Below are positions 25,120-37,009 of a stretch of 64,000 nucleotides of DNA, one piece after another. The position numbers and the translations under genes are program-made. This stretch comes from Escherichia coli (GTDB lineage Bacteria; Pseudomonadota; Gammaproteobacteria; Enterobacterales; Enterobacteriaceae). Numbering within the stretch: position 1 is the first letter of the stretch; the number at the start of each line of letters is the position of its first letter. Location: the NCBI RefSeq assembly GCF_003018255.1, contig NZ_CP027440.1; one strand, 5' to 3'. The notes under the pieces are model-generated. The model worked only from the letters and a program-made list of their open reading frames with translations, had not been told where the DNA came from and ran no database searches.

Positions 25120-26885
25120 TGAAATTGCCAGTCAGAGAATTTGATGCAGTTGTGATTGGTGCCGGTGGCGCAGGTATGCGCGCGGCGCTGCAAATTTCCC
25201 AGAGCGGCCAGACCTGTGCGCTGCTCTCTAAAGTCTTCCCGACCCGTTCCCATACCGTTTCTGCGCAAGGCGGCATTACCGTTGCGCTGGGTAATACCCA
25301 TGAAGATAACTGGGAATGGCATATGTACGACACCGTAAAAGGGTCGGACTATATCGGTGACCAGGACGCGATTGAATATATGTGTAAAACCGGGCCGGAA
25401 GCGATTCTGGAACTGGAACATATGGGCCTGCCGTTCTCGCGTCTTGATGATGGTCGTATCTATCAACGTCCGTTTGGCGGTCAGTCGAAAAACTTCGGCG
25501 GCGAGCAGGCGGCACGTACTGCGGCGGCAGCTGACCGTACCGGTCACGCACTGTTGCACACCCTTTATCAGCAGAACCTGAAAAACCACACCACCATTTT
25601 CTCCGAGTGGTATGCGCTGGATCTGGTGAAAAACCAGGATGGCGCGGTGGTCGGTTGTACCGCACTGTGCATCGAAACTGGTGAAGTGGTTTACTTCAAA
25701 GCTCGCGCTACCGTGCTGGCGACTGGCGGGGCAGGGCGTATTTATCAGTCCACTACCAACGCCCACATTAACACTGGCGACGGCGTCGGCATGGCTATCC
25801 GTGCAGGCGTACCAGTGCAGGATATGGAAATGTGGCAGTTCCACCCGACCGGTATTGCCGGTGCGGGCGTACTGGTCACCGAAGGTTGCCGTGGTGAAGG
25901 CGGTTATCTGCTGAACAAACATGGCGAACGCTTTATGGAGCGTTATGCGCCGAACGCCAAAGACCTGGCGGGCCGTGACGTGGTGGCGCGTTCCATCATG
26001 ATCGAAATCCGTGAAGGCCGCGGCTGTGATGGTCCGTGGGGGCCACACGCAAAACTGAAACTTGACCATCTGGGGAAAGAAGTTCTCGAATCCCGTCTGC
26101 CGGGTATTCTGGAACTCTCCCGCACCTTCGCTCACGTTGATCCGGTGAAAGAGCCGATTCCGGTAATTCCAACCTGTCACTACATGATGGGCGGTATTCC
26201 GACCAAAGTGACCGGTCAGGCGCTGACTGTGAATGAGAAAGGCGAAGATGTGGTTGTTCCGGGGCTGTTTGCCGTTGGTGAAATCGCTTGTGTATCGGTA
26301 CATGGCGCTAACCGTCTGGGCGGCAACTCGCTGCTGGACCTGGTCGTATTTGGTCGTGCGGCAGGTCTGCATCTGCAAGAGTCTATTGCCGAGCAGGGCG
26401 CACTGCGCGATGCCAGCGAGTCTGATGTAGAAGCGTCTCTGGATCGCCTGAACCGCTGGAACAATAACCGTAACGGTGAAGATCCGGTGGCGATCCGTAA
26501 AGCACTGCAAGAATGTATGCAGCATAACTTCTCGGTCTTCCGTGAAGGTGATGCGATGGCGAAAGGGCTTGAGCAGTTGAAAGTTATCCGCGAGCGTCTG
26601 AAAAATGCCCGTCTGGATGACACTTCCAGCGAGTTCAACACCCAGCGCGTTGAGTGCCTGGAACTGGATAACCTGATGGAAACGGCGTATGCAACGGCTG
26701 TTTCTGCCAACTTCCGTACCGAAAGCCGTGGCGCGCATAGCCGCTTCGACTTCCCGGATCGCGATGATGAAAACTGGCTGTGCCACTCCCTGTATCTGCC
26801 AGAGTCGGAATCCATGACGCGCCGAAGCGTCAACATGGAACCGAAACTGCGCCCGGCATTCCCGCCGAAGATTCGTACTTACTAA
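25119..26885 (+). CDS. sdhA: Succinate dehydrogenase flavoprotein subunit (588 aa)
   Basis: [24 protein letters not shown]... FAD-binding fold; start inside the longer ORF 25107..26885. Confidence 0.97.
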   Translation: MKLPVREFDAVVIGAGGAGMRAALQISQSGQTCALLSKVFPTRSHTVSAQGGITVALGNTHEDNWEWHMYDTVKGSDYIGDQDAIEYMCKTGPEAILELEHMGLPFSRLDDGRIYQRPFGGQSKNFGGEQAARTAAAADRTGHALLHTLYQQNLKNHTTIFSEWYALDLVKNQDGAVVGCTALCIETGEVVYFKARATVLATGGAGRIYQSTTNAHINTGDGVGMAIRAGVPVQDMEMWQFHPTGIAGAGVLVTEGCRGEGGYLLNKHGERFMERYAPNAKDLAGRDVVARSIMIEIREGRGCDGPWGPHAKLKLDHLGKEVLESRLPGILELSRTFAHVDPVKEPIPVIPTCHYMMGGIPTKVTGQALTVNEKGEDVVVPGLFAVGEIACVSVHGANRLGGNSLLDLVVFGRAAGLHLQESIAEQGALRDASESDVEASLDRLNRWNNNRNGEDPVAIRKALQECMQHNFSVFREGDAMAKGLEQLKVIRERLKNARLDDTSSEFNTQRVECLELDNLMETAYATAVSANFRTESRGAHSRFDFPDRDDENWLCHSLYLPESESMTRRSVNMEPKLRPAFPPKIRTY

Positions 26886-26900
26886 TGCGGAGACAGGAAA

Positions 26901-27617
26901 ATGAGACTCGAGTTTTCAATTTATCGCTATAACCCGGATGTTGATGATGCTCCGCGTATGCAGGATTACACCCTGGAAGCGGAAGAAGGTCGTGACATGA
27001 TGCTGCTGGATGCGCTTATCCAGCTGAAAGAGAAAGATCCCAGCCTGTCGTTCCGTCGCTCCTGCCGTGAAGGTGTGTGCGGTTCCGACGGTCTGAACAT
27101 GAACGGCAAGAATGGTCTGGCCTGTATTACCCCGATTTCGGCACTCAACCAGCCGGGCAAGAAGATTGTGATTCGCCCGCTGCCAGGTTTACCGGTGATC
27201 CGCGATTTGGTGGTAGACATGGGACAATTCTATGCGCAATATGAGAAAATTAAGCCTTACCTGTTGAATAATGGACAAAATCCGCCAGCTCGCGAGCATT
27301 TACAGATGCCAGAGCAGCGCGAAAAACTCGACGGGTTGTATGAATGTATTCTCTGCGCATGTTGTTCAACCTCTTGTCCGTCTTTCTGGTGGAATCCCGA
27401 TAAGTTTATCGGCCCGGCAGGCTTGTTAGCGGCATATCGTTTCCTGATCGATAGCCGTGATACCGAGACTGACAGCCGCCTCGACGGTTTGAGCGATGCA
27501 TTCAGTGTATTCCGCTGTCACAGCATCATGAACTGCGTCAGTGTATGTCCGAAGGGGCTGAACCCGACGCGCGCCATCGGCCATATCAAGTCGATGTTGT
27601 TGCAACGTAATGCGTAA
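26901..27617 (+). CDS. sdhB: Succinate dehydrogenase iron-sulfur subunit (238 aa)
   Basis: MRLEFSIYRYNPDVDDAPRMQDYTLEAEEGRDMMLLDALIQLK... with Cys clusters. Confidence 0.97.
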   Translation: MRLEFSIYRYNPDVDDAPRMQDYTLEAEEGRDMMLLDALIQLKEKDPSLSFRRSCREGVCGSDGLNMNGKNGLACITPISALNQPGKKIVIRPLPGLPVIRDLVVDMGQFYAQYEKIKPYLLNNGQNPPAREHLQMPEQREKLDGLYECILCACCSTSCPSFWWNPDKFIGPAGLLAAYRFLIDSRDTETDSRLDGLSDAFSVFRCHSIMNCVSVCPKGLNPTRAIGHIKSMLLQRNA

Positions 27618-27618
27618 A

Positions 27619-27742
27619 CCGTAGGCCTGAGAAGACGCGCAAGCGTCGCATCAGGCAACCAGTGCCGGATGCGGCGTGAACGCCTTATCCGGCCTACAAG
27701 TCATTACCCGTAGGCCTGATAAGCGCAGCGCATCAGGCGTAA
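27619..27742. repeat. Cluster of REP (BIME-type) palindromic elements between sdhB and sucA
   Basis: Three imperfect palindromes of the GCCTGATGCGACGC / GCCGGATGCGGCGTGAACGCCTTATCCGGCCTAC type in alternating orientation. Confidence 0.8.
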
Positions 27743-27917
27743 CAAAGAAATGCAGGAAATCTTTAAAAACTGCCCCTGACACTAAGACAGTTTTTAAAGG
27801 TTCCTTCGCGAGCCACTACGTAGACAAGAGCTCGCAAGTGAACCCCGGCACGCACATCACTGTGCGTGGTAGTATCCACGGCGAAGTAAGCATAAAAAAG
27901 ATGCTTAAGGGATCACG

Positions 27918-30719
27918 ATGCAGAACAGCGCTTTGAAAGCCTGGTTGGACTCTTCTTACCTCTCTGGCGCAAACCAGAGCTGGATAGAACAGCTCTATGA
28001 AGACTTCTTAACCGATCCTGACTCGGTTGACGCTAACTGGCGTTCGACGTTCCAGCAGTTACCTGGTACGGGAGTCAAACCGGATCAATTCCACTCTCAA
28101 ACGCGTGAATATTTCCGCCGCCTGGCGAAAGACGCTTCACGTTACTCTTCAACGATCTCCGACCCTGACACCAATGTGAAGCAGGTTAAAGTCCTGCAGC
28201 TCATTAACGCATACCGCTTCCGTGGTCACCAGCATGCGAATCTCGATCCGCTGGGACTGTGGCAGCAAGATAAAGTGGCCGATCTGGATCCGTCTTTCCA
28301 CGATCTGACCGAAGCAGACTTCCAGGAGACCTTCAACGTCGGTTCATTTGCCAGCGGCAAAGAAACCATGAAACTCGGCGAGCTGCTGGAAGCCCTCAAG
28401 CAAACCTACTGCGGCCCGATTGGTGCCGAGTATATGCACATTACCAGCACTGAAGAAAAACGCTGGATCCAACAGCGTATCGAGTCTGGTCGCGCGACTT
28501 TCAATAGCGAAGAGAAAAAACGCTTCTTAAGCGAACTGACCGCCGCTGAAGGCCTTGAACGTTACCTCGGCGCAAAATTCCCTGGCGCAAAACGCTTCTC
28601 GCTGGAAGGTGGTGACGCGTTAATCCCGATGCTTAAAGAGATGATCCGCCACGCTGGCAACAGCGGCACCCGCGAAGTGGTTCTCGGGATGGCGCACCGT
28701 GGTCGTCTGAACGTGCTGGTGAACGTGCTGGGTAAAAAACCGCAAGACTTGTTCGACGAGTTTGCCGGTAAACATAAAGAACACCTCGGCACGGGCGACG
28801 TGAAATACCACATGGGCTTCTCGTCTGACTTCCAGACCGATGGCGGCCTGGTGCACCTGGCGCTGGCGTTTAACCCGTCTCACCTTGAGATTGTAAGCCC
28901 GGTCGTTATCGGTTCTGTTCGTGCCCGTCTGGACAGACTTGATGAGCCGAGCAGCAACAAAGTGCTGCCAATCACCATTCATGGTGACGCCGCAGTGACC
29001 GGGCAGGGCGTGGTTCAGGAAACCCTGAACATGTCGAAAGCGCGTGGTTATGAAGTTGGCGGTACGGTACGTATCGTTATCAACAACCAGGTTGGCTTCA
29101 CCACCTCTAACCCGCTGGATGCCCGTTCGACGCCGTACTGTACTGATATCGGCAAGATGGTACAGGCACCGATTTTCCACGTTAATGCGGATGATCCGGA
29201 AGCCGTTGCTTTTGTGACCCGTCTGGCGCTCGATTTCCGTAACACCTTTAAACGTGATGTCTTCATCGACCTGGTGTGCTACCGCCGTCACGGCCACAAC
29301 GAAGCCGACGAGCCGAGCGCAACCCAGCCGCTGATGTATCAGAAAATCAAAAAACATCCGACGCCGCGCAAAATCTATGCTGACAAGCTGGAGCAGGAAA
29401 AAGTCGCGACGCTGGAAGATGCCACCGAGATGGTTAACCTGTACCGCGATGCGCTGGATGCTGGCGATTGCGTTGTAGCAGAGTGGCGTCCGATGAACAT
29501 GCACTCTTTCACCTGGTCGCCGTACCTCAACCACGAATGGGACGAAGAGTACCCGAACAAAGTTGAGATGAAGCGCCTGCAGGAACTGGCTAAACGCATC
29601 AGCACGGTGCCGGAAGCAGTTGAAATGCAGTCTCGCGTTGCCAAGATTTATGGCGATCGCCAGGCGATGGCTGCTGGTGAGAAACTGTTCGACTGGGGCG
29701 GCGCGGAAAACCTCGCTTACGCCACGCTGGTTGATGAAGGCATTCCGGTTCGCCTGTCGGGTGAAGACTCCGGTCGCGGTACCTTCTTCCACCGCCACGC
29801 GGTGATCCACAACCAGTCTAACGGTTCCACTTACACGCCGCTGCAACATATCCATAACGGTCAGGGCGCGTTCCGTGTCTGGGACTCCGTACTGTCAGAA
29901 GAAGCCGTGCTGGCGTTTGAATACGGTTATGCCACCGCAGAACCACGCACTCTGACCATCTGGGAAGCGCAGTTCGGTGACTTCGCCAACGGTGCGCAGG
30001 TGGTTATCGACCAGTTCATCTCCTCTGGCGAACAGAAATGGGGCCGGATGTGTGGCCTGGTGATGTTGCTGCCGCACGGTTACGAAGGGCAGGGGCCGGA
30101 GCACTCCTCCGCGCGTCTGGAACGTTATCTGCAACTTTGCGCTGAGCAAAACATGCAGGTGTGCGTACCTTCTACCCCGGCACAGGTTTACCACATGCTG
30201 CGTCGTCAGGCGTTGCGCGGGATGCGTCGTCCACTGGTCGTGATGTCGCCGAAATCCCTGCTGCGTCATCCGCTGGCGGTATCCAGCCTCGAAGAACTGG
30301 CGAACGGCACCTTCCTGCCAGCCATCGGTGAAATCGACGAGCTTGATCCGAAGGGCGTGAAGCGCGTAGTGATGTGTTCTGGTAAGGTTTATTACGACCT
30401 GCTGGAACAACGTCGTAAGAACAATCAACACGATGTCGCCATTGTGCGTATCGAGCAACTCTACCCGTTCCCGCATAAAGCGATGCAGGAAGTGTTGCAG
30501 CAGTTTGCTCACGTCAAGGATTTTGTCTGGTGCCAGGAAGAGCCGCTCAATCAGGGCGCATGGTACTGCAGCCAGCATCATTTCCGTGAAGTGATTCCGT
30601 TTGGGGCTTCTCTGCGTTATGCAGGCCGCCCGGCCTCCGCCTCTCCGGCGGTAGGGTATATGTCCGTTCACCAGAAACAGCAACAAGATCTGGTTAATGA
30701 CGCGCTGAACGTCGAATAA
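27918..30719 (+). CDS. sucA: 2-oxoglutarate dehydrogenase E1 component (933 aa)
   Basis: [48 protein letters not shown]... Confidence 0.97.
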   Translation: MQNSALKAWLDSSYLSGANQSWIEQLYEDFLTDPDSVDANWRSTFQQLPGTGVKPDQFHSQTREYFRRLAKDASRYSSTISDPDTNVKQVKVLQLINAYRFRGHQHANLDPLGLWQQDKVADLDPSFHDLTEADFQETFNVGSFASGKETMKLGELLEALKQTYCGPIGAEYMHITSTEEKRWIQQRIESGRATFNSEEKKRFLSELTAAEGLERYLGAKFPGAKRFSLEGGDALIPMLKEMIRHAGNSGTREVVLGMAHRGRLNVLVNVLGKKPQDLFDEFAGKHKEHLGTGDVKYHMGFSSDFQTDGGLVHLALAFNPSHLEIVSPVVIGSVRARLDRLDEPSSNKVLPITIHGDAAVTGQGVVQETLNMSKARGYEVGGTVRIVINNQVGFTTSNPLDARSTPYCTDIGKMVQAPIFHVNADDPEAVAFVTRLALDFRNTFKRDVFIDLVCYRRHGHNEADEPSATQPLMYQKIKKHPTPRKIYADKLEQEKVATLEDATEMVNLYRDALDAGDCVVAEWRPMNMHSFTWSPYLNHEWDEEYPNKVEMKRLQELAKRISTVPEAVEMQSRVAKIYGDRQAMAAGEKLFDWGGAENLAYATLVDEGIPVRLSGEDSGRGTFFHRHAVIHNQSNGSTYTPLQHIHNGQGAFRVWDSVLSEEAVLAFEYGYATAEPRTLTIWEAQFGDFANGAQVVIDQFISSGEQKWGRMCGLVMLLPHGYEGQGPEHSSARLERYLQLCAEQNMQVCVPSTPAQVYHMLRRQALRGMRRPLVVMSPKSLLRHPLAVSSLEELANGTFLPAIGEIDELDPKGVKRVVMCSGKVYYDLLEQRRKNNQHDVAIVRIEQLYPFPHKAMQEVLQQFAHVKDFVWCQEEPLNQGAWYCSQHHFREVIPFGASLRYAGRPASASPAVGYMSVHQKQQQDLVNDALNVE

Positions 30720-30733
30720 ATAAAGGATACACA

Positions 30734-31951
30734 ATGAGTAGCGTAGATATTCTGGTCCCTGACCTGCCTGAATCCGTAGCCGATGCCACCGTCGCAACCT
30801 GGCATAAAAAACCCGGCGACGCAGTCGTACGTGATGAAGTGCTGGTAGAAATCGAAACTGACAAAGTGGTACTGGAAGTACCGGCATCAGCAGACGGCAT
30901 TCTGGATGCGGTTCTGGAAGATGAAGGTACAACGGTAACGTCTCGTCAGATCCTTGGTCGCCTGCGTGAAGGCAACAGCGCGGGTAAAGAAACCAGCGCC
31001 AAATCTGAAGAGAAAGCGTCCACTCCGGCGCAACGCCAGCAGGCGTCTCTGGAAGAGCAAAACAACGATGCGTTAAGCCCGGCGATCCGTCGCCTGCTGG
31101 CTGAACATAACCTCGACGCCAGCGCCATTAAAGGCACCGGTGTGGGTGGTCGTCTGACCCGTGAAGATGTGGAAAAACATCTGGCGAAAGCCCCGGCGAA
31201 AGAGTCTGCACCGGCAGCGGCTGCTCCGGCGGCGCAACCGGCTCTGGCTGCACGTAGCGAAAAACGTGTCCCGATGACTCGCCTGCGTAAGCGTGTGGCA
31301 GAGCGTCTGCTGGAAGCGAAAAACTCCACCGCCATGCTGACCACGTTCAACGAAGTCAACATGAAGCCGATTATGGATCTGCGTAAGCAGTACGGTGAAG
31401 CGTTTGAAAAACGCCACGGCATCCGTCTGGGCTTTATGTCCTTCTACGTGAAAGCGGTGGTTGAAGCTCTGAAACGTTACCCGGAAGTGAACGCGTCTAT
31501 CGACGGCGATGACGTGGTTTACCACAACTATTTCGACGTCAGCATGGCGGTTTCTACGCCGCGCGGCCTGGTGACGCCGGTACTGCGTGATGTCGATACC
31601 CTCGGTATGGCAGACATTGAGAAGAAAATTAAAGAGCTGGCTGTTAAAGGTCGTGACGGCAAGCTGACGGTTGAAGATCTGACCGGTGGCAACTTCACCA
31701 TCACCAACGGTGGTGTGTTCGGTTCCCTGATGTCTACGCCTATCATCAACCCGCCGCAGAGCGCAATTTTGGGTATGCACGCTATCAAAGATCGTCCGAT
31801 GGCGGTGAATGGTCAGGTTGAGATCCTGCCGATGATGTACCTGGCGCTGTCCTACGATCACCGTCTGATCGATGGTCGCGAATCCGTGGGCTTCCTGGTA
31901 ACGATCAAAGAGTTGCTGGAAGATCCGACGCGTCTGCTGCTGGACGTGTAG
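30734..31951 (+). CDS. sucB: Dihydrolipoyllysine-residue succinyltransferase E2 (405 aa)
   Basis: [29 protein letters not shown]... lipoyl domain and catalytic domain. Confidence 0.97.
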
Positions 31952-32044
31952 TAGTTTAAGTTTCACCTGCACTGTAGACCGACGTGGATAGGGTGTCGGT
32001 CTACGGTTTAAAAGATAACGATTACTGAAGGATGGACAGAACAC

Positions 32045-33211
32045 ATGAACTTACATGAATATCAGGCAAAACAACTTTTTGCCCGCTATGGCTTACCAGC
32101 ACCGGTGGGTTATGCCTGTACTACTCCGCGCGAAGCAGAAGAAGCCGCTTCAAAAATCGGTGCCGGTCCGTGGGTAGTGAAATGTCAGGTTCACGCTGGT
32201 GGCCGCGGTAAAGCGGGCGGTGTGAAAGTGGTAAACAGCAAAGAAGACATCCGTGCTTTTGCAGAAAACTGGCTGGGCAAGCGTCTGGTAACGTATCAAA
32301 CAGATGCCAATGGCCAACCGGTTAACCAGATTCTGGTTGAAGCAGCGACCGATATCGCTAAAGAGCTGTATCTCGGTGCCGTTGTAGACCGTAGTTCACG
32401 TCGCGTGGTCTTTATGGCCTCCACCGAAGGCGGCGTGGAAATCGAAAAAGTGGCGGAAGAAACTCCGCACCTGATCCACAAAGTTGCGCTTGATCCGCTG
32501 ACTGGCCCGATGCCGTATCAGGGACGCGAGCTGGCGTTCAAACTGGGTCTGGAAGGTAAACTGGTTCAGCAGTTCACCAAAATCTTCATGGGCCTGGCGA
32601 CCATTTTCCTGGAGCGCGACCTGGCGCTGATCGAAATCAACCCGCTGGTCATCACCAAACAGGGCGATCTGATTTGCCTCGACGGCAAACTGGGCGCTGA
32701 CGGCAACGCATTGTTCCGCCAGCCTGATCTGCGCGAAATGCGTGACCAGTCGCAGGAAGATCCGCGTGAAGCACAGGCTGCACAGTGGGAACTGAACTAC
32801 GTTGCGCTGGACGGTAACATCGGTTGTATGGTTAACGGCGCAGGCCTGGCGATGGGCACCATGGACATCGTTAAACTGCACGGCGGCGAACCAGCTAACT
32901 TCCTGGACGTTGGCGGCGGCGCAACCAAAGAACGTGTAACCGAAGCGTTCAAAATCATCCTCTCTGACGACAAAGTGAAAGCCGTTCTGGTTAACATCTT
33001 CGGCGGTATCGTTCGTTGCGACCTGATCGCTGACGGTATCATCGGCGCGGTAGCGGAAGTGGGTGTTAACGTACCGGTCGTGGTACGTCTGGAAGGTAAC
33101 AACGCCGAACTCGGCGCGAAGAAACTGGCTGACAGCGGCCTGAATATTATTGCAGCAAAAGGTCTGACGGATGCAGCTCAGCAGGTTGTTGCCGCAGTGG
33201 AGGGGAAATAA
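32045..33211 (+). CDS. sucC: Succinyl-CoA synthetase beta subunit (388 aa)
   Basis: [36 protein letters not shown]... Confidence 0.97.
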
Positions 33212-34080
33212 TGTCCATTTTAATTGATAAAAACACCAAGGTTATCTGCCAGGGCTTTACCGGTAGCCAGGGGACTTTCCACTCAGAACAGGCCATTGCA
33301 TACGGCACTAAAATGGTTGGCGGCGTAACCCCAGGTAAAGGCGGCACCACCCACCTCGGCCTGCCGGTGTTCAACACCGTGCGTGAAGCTGTTGCTGCTA
33401 CTGGCGCTACCGCTTCTGTTATCTACGTACCAGCACCGTTCTGCAAAGACTCCATTCTGGAAGCTATTGATGCAGGCATCAAACTAATTATCACCATCAC
33501 TGAAGGCATCCCGACGCTGGATATGCTGACCGTGAAAGTGAAACTGGATGAAGCAGGCGTTCGTATGATCGGCCCGAACTGCCCAGGCGTTATCACTCCG
33601 GGTGAATGCAAAATCGGTATCCAGCCGGGTCACATTCACAAACCGGGTAAAGTGGGTATCGTTTCCCGTTCCGGTACACTGACCTATGAAGCGGTTAAAC
33701 AGACCACGGATTACGGTTTCGGTCAGTCGACCTGTGTCGGTATCGGCGGTGACCCGATCCCTGGCTCTAACTTTATCGACATCCTCGAAATGTTCGAAAA
33801 AGATCCGCAGACCGAAGCGATCGTGATGATCGGTGAGATCGGCGGTAGCGCTGAAGAAGAAGCGGCTGCGTACATCAAAGAGCACGTTACCAAGCCTGTT
33901 GTGGGTTACATCGCTGGTGTGACTGCGCCGAAAGGCAAACGTATGGGCCACGCGGGTGCGATCATTGCCGGTGGGAAAGGGACTGCGGATGAGAAATTCG
34001 CTGCTCTGGAAGCCGCAGGCGTGAAAACCGTTCGCAGCCTGGCGGATATCGGTGAAGCACTGAAAACTGTTCTGAAATAA
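33211..34080 (+). CDS. sucD: Succinyl-CoA synthetase alpha subunit (289 aa)
   Basis: [45 protein letters not shown]... Confidence 0.97.
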
Positions 34081-34180
34081 ATATCTGTAATAAGAAATAG
34101 CCCTCGCCGCTTCCTTCTACAGGAATGGCGAAGGGCTGTCGGTTTCGACATGGTTGGCCATCATATGATGGCCTTTTTTG
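34081..34180 (+). ncRNA. sdhX: 3-prime-UTR-derived small RNA region of sucD (SdhX/RybD-like) with intrinsic terminator
   Basis: About 100 nt after the sucD stop with two hairpins (AGCCCTCGCC...GGCGAAGGGCT and GGCCATCATATGATGGCC) followed by a T run at 34173-34179; ends not determined. Confidence 0.5.
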
Positions 34181-34183
34181 TGC

Positions 34184-34906
34184 TTATCGCGATGATTTTC
34201 GCTGCGCTATCAGGGTAAATTTATAGTCATCGGTATTAAAAGCGTTGCGGCTATATTCAAACACCCGGCCATCAACTAAATATCCACGCGATACTTTTTC
34301 AAGAATCGGCTTAGTCTGGCTGATATTAAGCAGACGGCTCATTTCTTCGGTTGGCATCAGAGGAATGATTTCCTGTTCGCTACGATCGATAACCATTTTC
34401 TTCACTTCTTCAATAAAGTGATATTTCGAATTTTCCATGACCTGCCAGGTGAGATCCGGGAACAACGCAAGCGGCATCCAGGTTTCTTCCAGCGCCATTG
34501 GCTTTTGCTTGCGATAGCGCACGCGCTTCACATGCCACACACGATCCTGCGCGGTGATTTGTAGCTGTTGCTGAAGAAAATCGTCAGCCGGAATCACTTC
34601 GAATATCAGAACTTCACTGTGTGTATCGACGTGACGGTCCGTCAGTTTTTCATCAAAACTGGTTAACTGAAAAATATCGTAATTGACCCGCTCTTCTTTT
34701 ACGTAAGTCCCGCTGCCCTGAATGCTTTCGAGGATCTGCTGTTCAACTAACTGGCGCAAAGCCTGACGCACCGTAACCCGGCTGACGCCAAACTCTGTTT
34801 GTAGCGCTGATTCAGTGGGTAACGCATCGCCAGGTTTAAGCTCGCCACGCGCAATTTGCTCACGAATGCGATCAGCAATCTGTCGGTATAAGGGTTTCCG
34901 TCCCAT
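34184..34906 (-). CDS. mngR: GntR-family transcriptional regulator of the mannosyl-D-glycerate operon (240 aa)
   Basis: N-terminal GntR HTH (MGRKPLYRQIADRIREQIARGELKPGDALPTESALQTEFGVSRVTVRQAL) plus UTRA-type C-terminal domain. Confidence 0.93.
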   Translation of the reverse strand: MGRKPLYRQIADRIREQIARGELKPGDALPTESALQTEFGVSRVTVRQALRQLVEQQILESIQGSGTYVKEERVNYDIFQLTSFDEKLTDRHVDTHSEVLIFEVIPADDFLQQQLQITAQDRVWHVKRVRYRKQKPMALEETWMPLALFPDLTWQVMENSKYHFIEEVKKMVIDRSEQEIIPLMPTEEMSRLLNISQTKPILEKVSRGYLVDGRVFEYSRNAFNTDDYKFTLIAQRKSSR

Positions 34907-35015
34907 GATTTAGCATCTCATTAATACGAATTTAGCCATTATGCCCGATAAATTCATCCTGTAAATAATACAAATACAATACAAATAATTTCAATCAAGT
35001 GAAATTGATCACATA

Positions 35016-36992
35016 ATGGTATTGTTTTATCGGGCACACTGGCGCGACTATAAAAACGATCAAGTGAGGATCATGATGAACCTGACGACTCTGACCCACC
35101 GCGATGCGTTGTGTCTGAATGCGCGCTTTACCAGCCGTGAAGAGGCCATCCACGCGTTGACTCAACGTCTTGCTGCTCTGGGGAAAATTTCCAGTACTGA
35201 GCAATTTCTGAAAGAAGTGTATCGCCGTGAAAGCCTTGGCCCGACCGCCTTAGGTGAAGGGCTGGCTGTGCCGCATGGCAAAACTGCTGCGGTAAAAGAA
35301 GCGGCGTTTGCGGTCGCCACACTCAGCGAGCCGCTTCAGTGGGAAGGCGTGGATGGCCCGGAAGCGGTTGATTTAGTGGTGTTGCTGGCGATTCCCCCCA
35401 ATGAAGCGGGTACTACGCACATGCAACTGCTGACAGCGCTGACCACGCGCCTGGCGGATGATGAGATACGGGCGCGTATACAGTCGGCGACGACGCCTGA
35501 TGAATTGCTCTCGGCGCTGGATGACAAGGGAGGCACGCAACCCTCAGCTTCTTTTTCCAACGCGCCAACTATCGTCTGCGTAACGGCCTGCCCGGCGGGT
35601 ATTGCTCACACCTATATGGCTGCGGAGTATCTGGAAAAAGCCGGACGCAAACTCGGCGTGAATGTCTACGTTGAAAAGCAAGGTGCTAACGGCATTGAAG
35701 GGCGTTTAACGGCAGAGCAACTCAATAGTGCAACCGCCTGTATTTTTGCGGCTGAAGTCGCCATCAAGGAGAGTGAGCGTTTTAACGGCATTCCCGCGCT
35801 TTCTGTGCCTGTTGCCGAGCCGATTCGCCATGCAGAAGCGTTGATCCAACAAGCGCTTAACCTCAAGCGTAGCGATGAGACGCGTACCGTACAGCAAGAT
35901 ACGCAACCGGTGAAAAGCCTCAAAACGGAGCTAAAACAGGCACTGTTGAGCGGGATCTCTTTTGCAGTGCCGTTGATTGTCGCGGGGGGCACGGTGCTGG
36001 CGGTTGCGGTATTACTGTCGCAAATCTTCGGGCTACAAGATTTGTTTAATGAAGAAAACTCCTGGCTGTGGATGTACCGCAAACTGGGCGGAGGGCTGCT
36101 CGGGATTTTGATGGTACCGGTGCTGGCAGCCTACACCGCCTATTCACTGGCTGATAAACCGGCGTTAGCGCCAGGCTTTGCGGCTGGACTTGCCGCCAAC
36201 ATGATCGGTTCCGGGTTTCTCGGTGCTGTCGTTGGCGGATTGATAGCCGGTTATCTGATGCGCTGGGTGAAAAATCACTTGCGTCTTAGCAGTAAATTCA
36301 ATGGATTCCTGACTTTTTATCTCTACCCGGTGCTCGGTACGTTGGGAGCGGGCAGTCTGATGCTGTTTGTGGTGGGGGAACCTGTCGCCTGGATCAATAA
36401 CTCGCTTACCGCCTGGCTGAACGGTCTGTCAGGAAGTAACGCGCTGTTGCTGGGTGCCATTCTCGGTTTTATGTGTTCCTTTGACCTTGGAGGGCCAGTG
36501 AACAAAGCCGCTTATGCATTCTGCCTGGGCGCAATGGCGAACGGCGTTTACGGCCCGTATGCCATTTTCGCCTCCGTCAAAATGGTTTCGGCATTTACCG
36601 TAACCGCTTCCACGATGCTCGCACCGCGCCTGTTTAAAGAGTTTGAAATTGAGACCGGGAAATCCACCTGGCTGTTAGGGCTGGCAGGTATTACCGAAGG
36701 GGCGATCCCGATGGCGATTGAAGATCCGCTGCGGGTTATTGGTTCGTTTGTGCTGGGCTCTATGGTAACGGGCGCTATCGTCGGCGCGATGAATATCGGC
36801 CTTTCGACACCCGGTGCCGGCATTTTCTCGCTCTTTTTACTTCATGATAATGGCGCGGGCGGTGTTATGGCGGCAATTGGCTGGTTTGGTGCGGCATTGG
36901 TGGGGGCTGCAATCTCGACTGCAATTCTTCTGATCTGGCGGCGTCACGCGGTTAAGCATGGCAACTATCTGACTGATGGCGTAATGCCATAA
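35016..36992 (+). CDS. mngA: PTS 2-O-alpha-mannosyl-D-glycerate-specific EIIABC component (658 aa)
   Basis: EIIA (PTS-type) N-terminal domain, EIIB, and polytopic EIIC domain; divergent from mngR. Confidence 0.9.
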   Translation: MVLFYRAHWRDYKNDQVRIMMNLTTLTHRDALCLNARFTSREEAIHALTQRLAALGKISSTEQFLKEVYRRESLGPTALGEGLAVPHGKTAAVKEAAFAVATLSEPLQWEGVDGPEAVDLVVLLAIPPNEAGTTHMQLLTALTTRLADDEIRARIQSATTPDELLSALDDKGGTQPSASFSNAPTIVCVTACPAGIAHTYMAAEYLEKAGRKLGVNVYVEKQGANGIEGRLTAEQLNSATACIFAAEVAIKESERFNGIPALSVPVAEPIRHAEALIQQALNLKRSDETRTVQQDTQPVKSLKTELKQALLSGISFAVPLIVAGGTVLAVAVLLSQIFGLQDLFNEENSWLWMYRKLGGGLLGILMVPVLAAYTAYSLADKPALAPGFAAGLAANMIGSGFLGAVVGGLIAGYLMRWVKNHLRLSSKFNGFLTFYLYPVLGTLGAGSLMLFVVGEPVAWINNSLTAWLNGLSGSNALLLGAILGFMCSFDLGGPVNKAAYAFCLGAMANGVYGPYAIFASVKMVSAFTVTASTMLAPRLFKEFEIETGKSTWLLGLAGITEGAIPMAIEDPLRVIGSFVLGSMVTGAIVGAMNIGLSTPGAGIFSLFLLHDNGAGGVMAAIGWFGAALVGAAISTAILLIWRRHAVKHGNYLTDGVMP

Positions 36993-37009
36993 ACAAAAAG
37001 GAAACGACG

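Noticed and set aside
25089-26786. 565-aa minus-strand ORF
   Set aside because: Antisense to sdhA, which is unambiguously the real gene; long antisense frames are common in GC-biased genes.
28620-32044. Several long minus-strand ORFs (411, 345, 323 aa)
   Set aside because: Antisense to sucA and sucB; no independent support.
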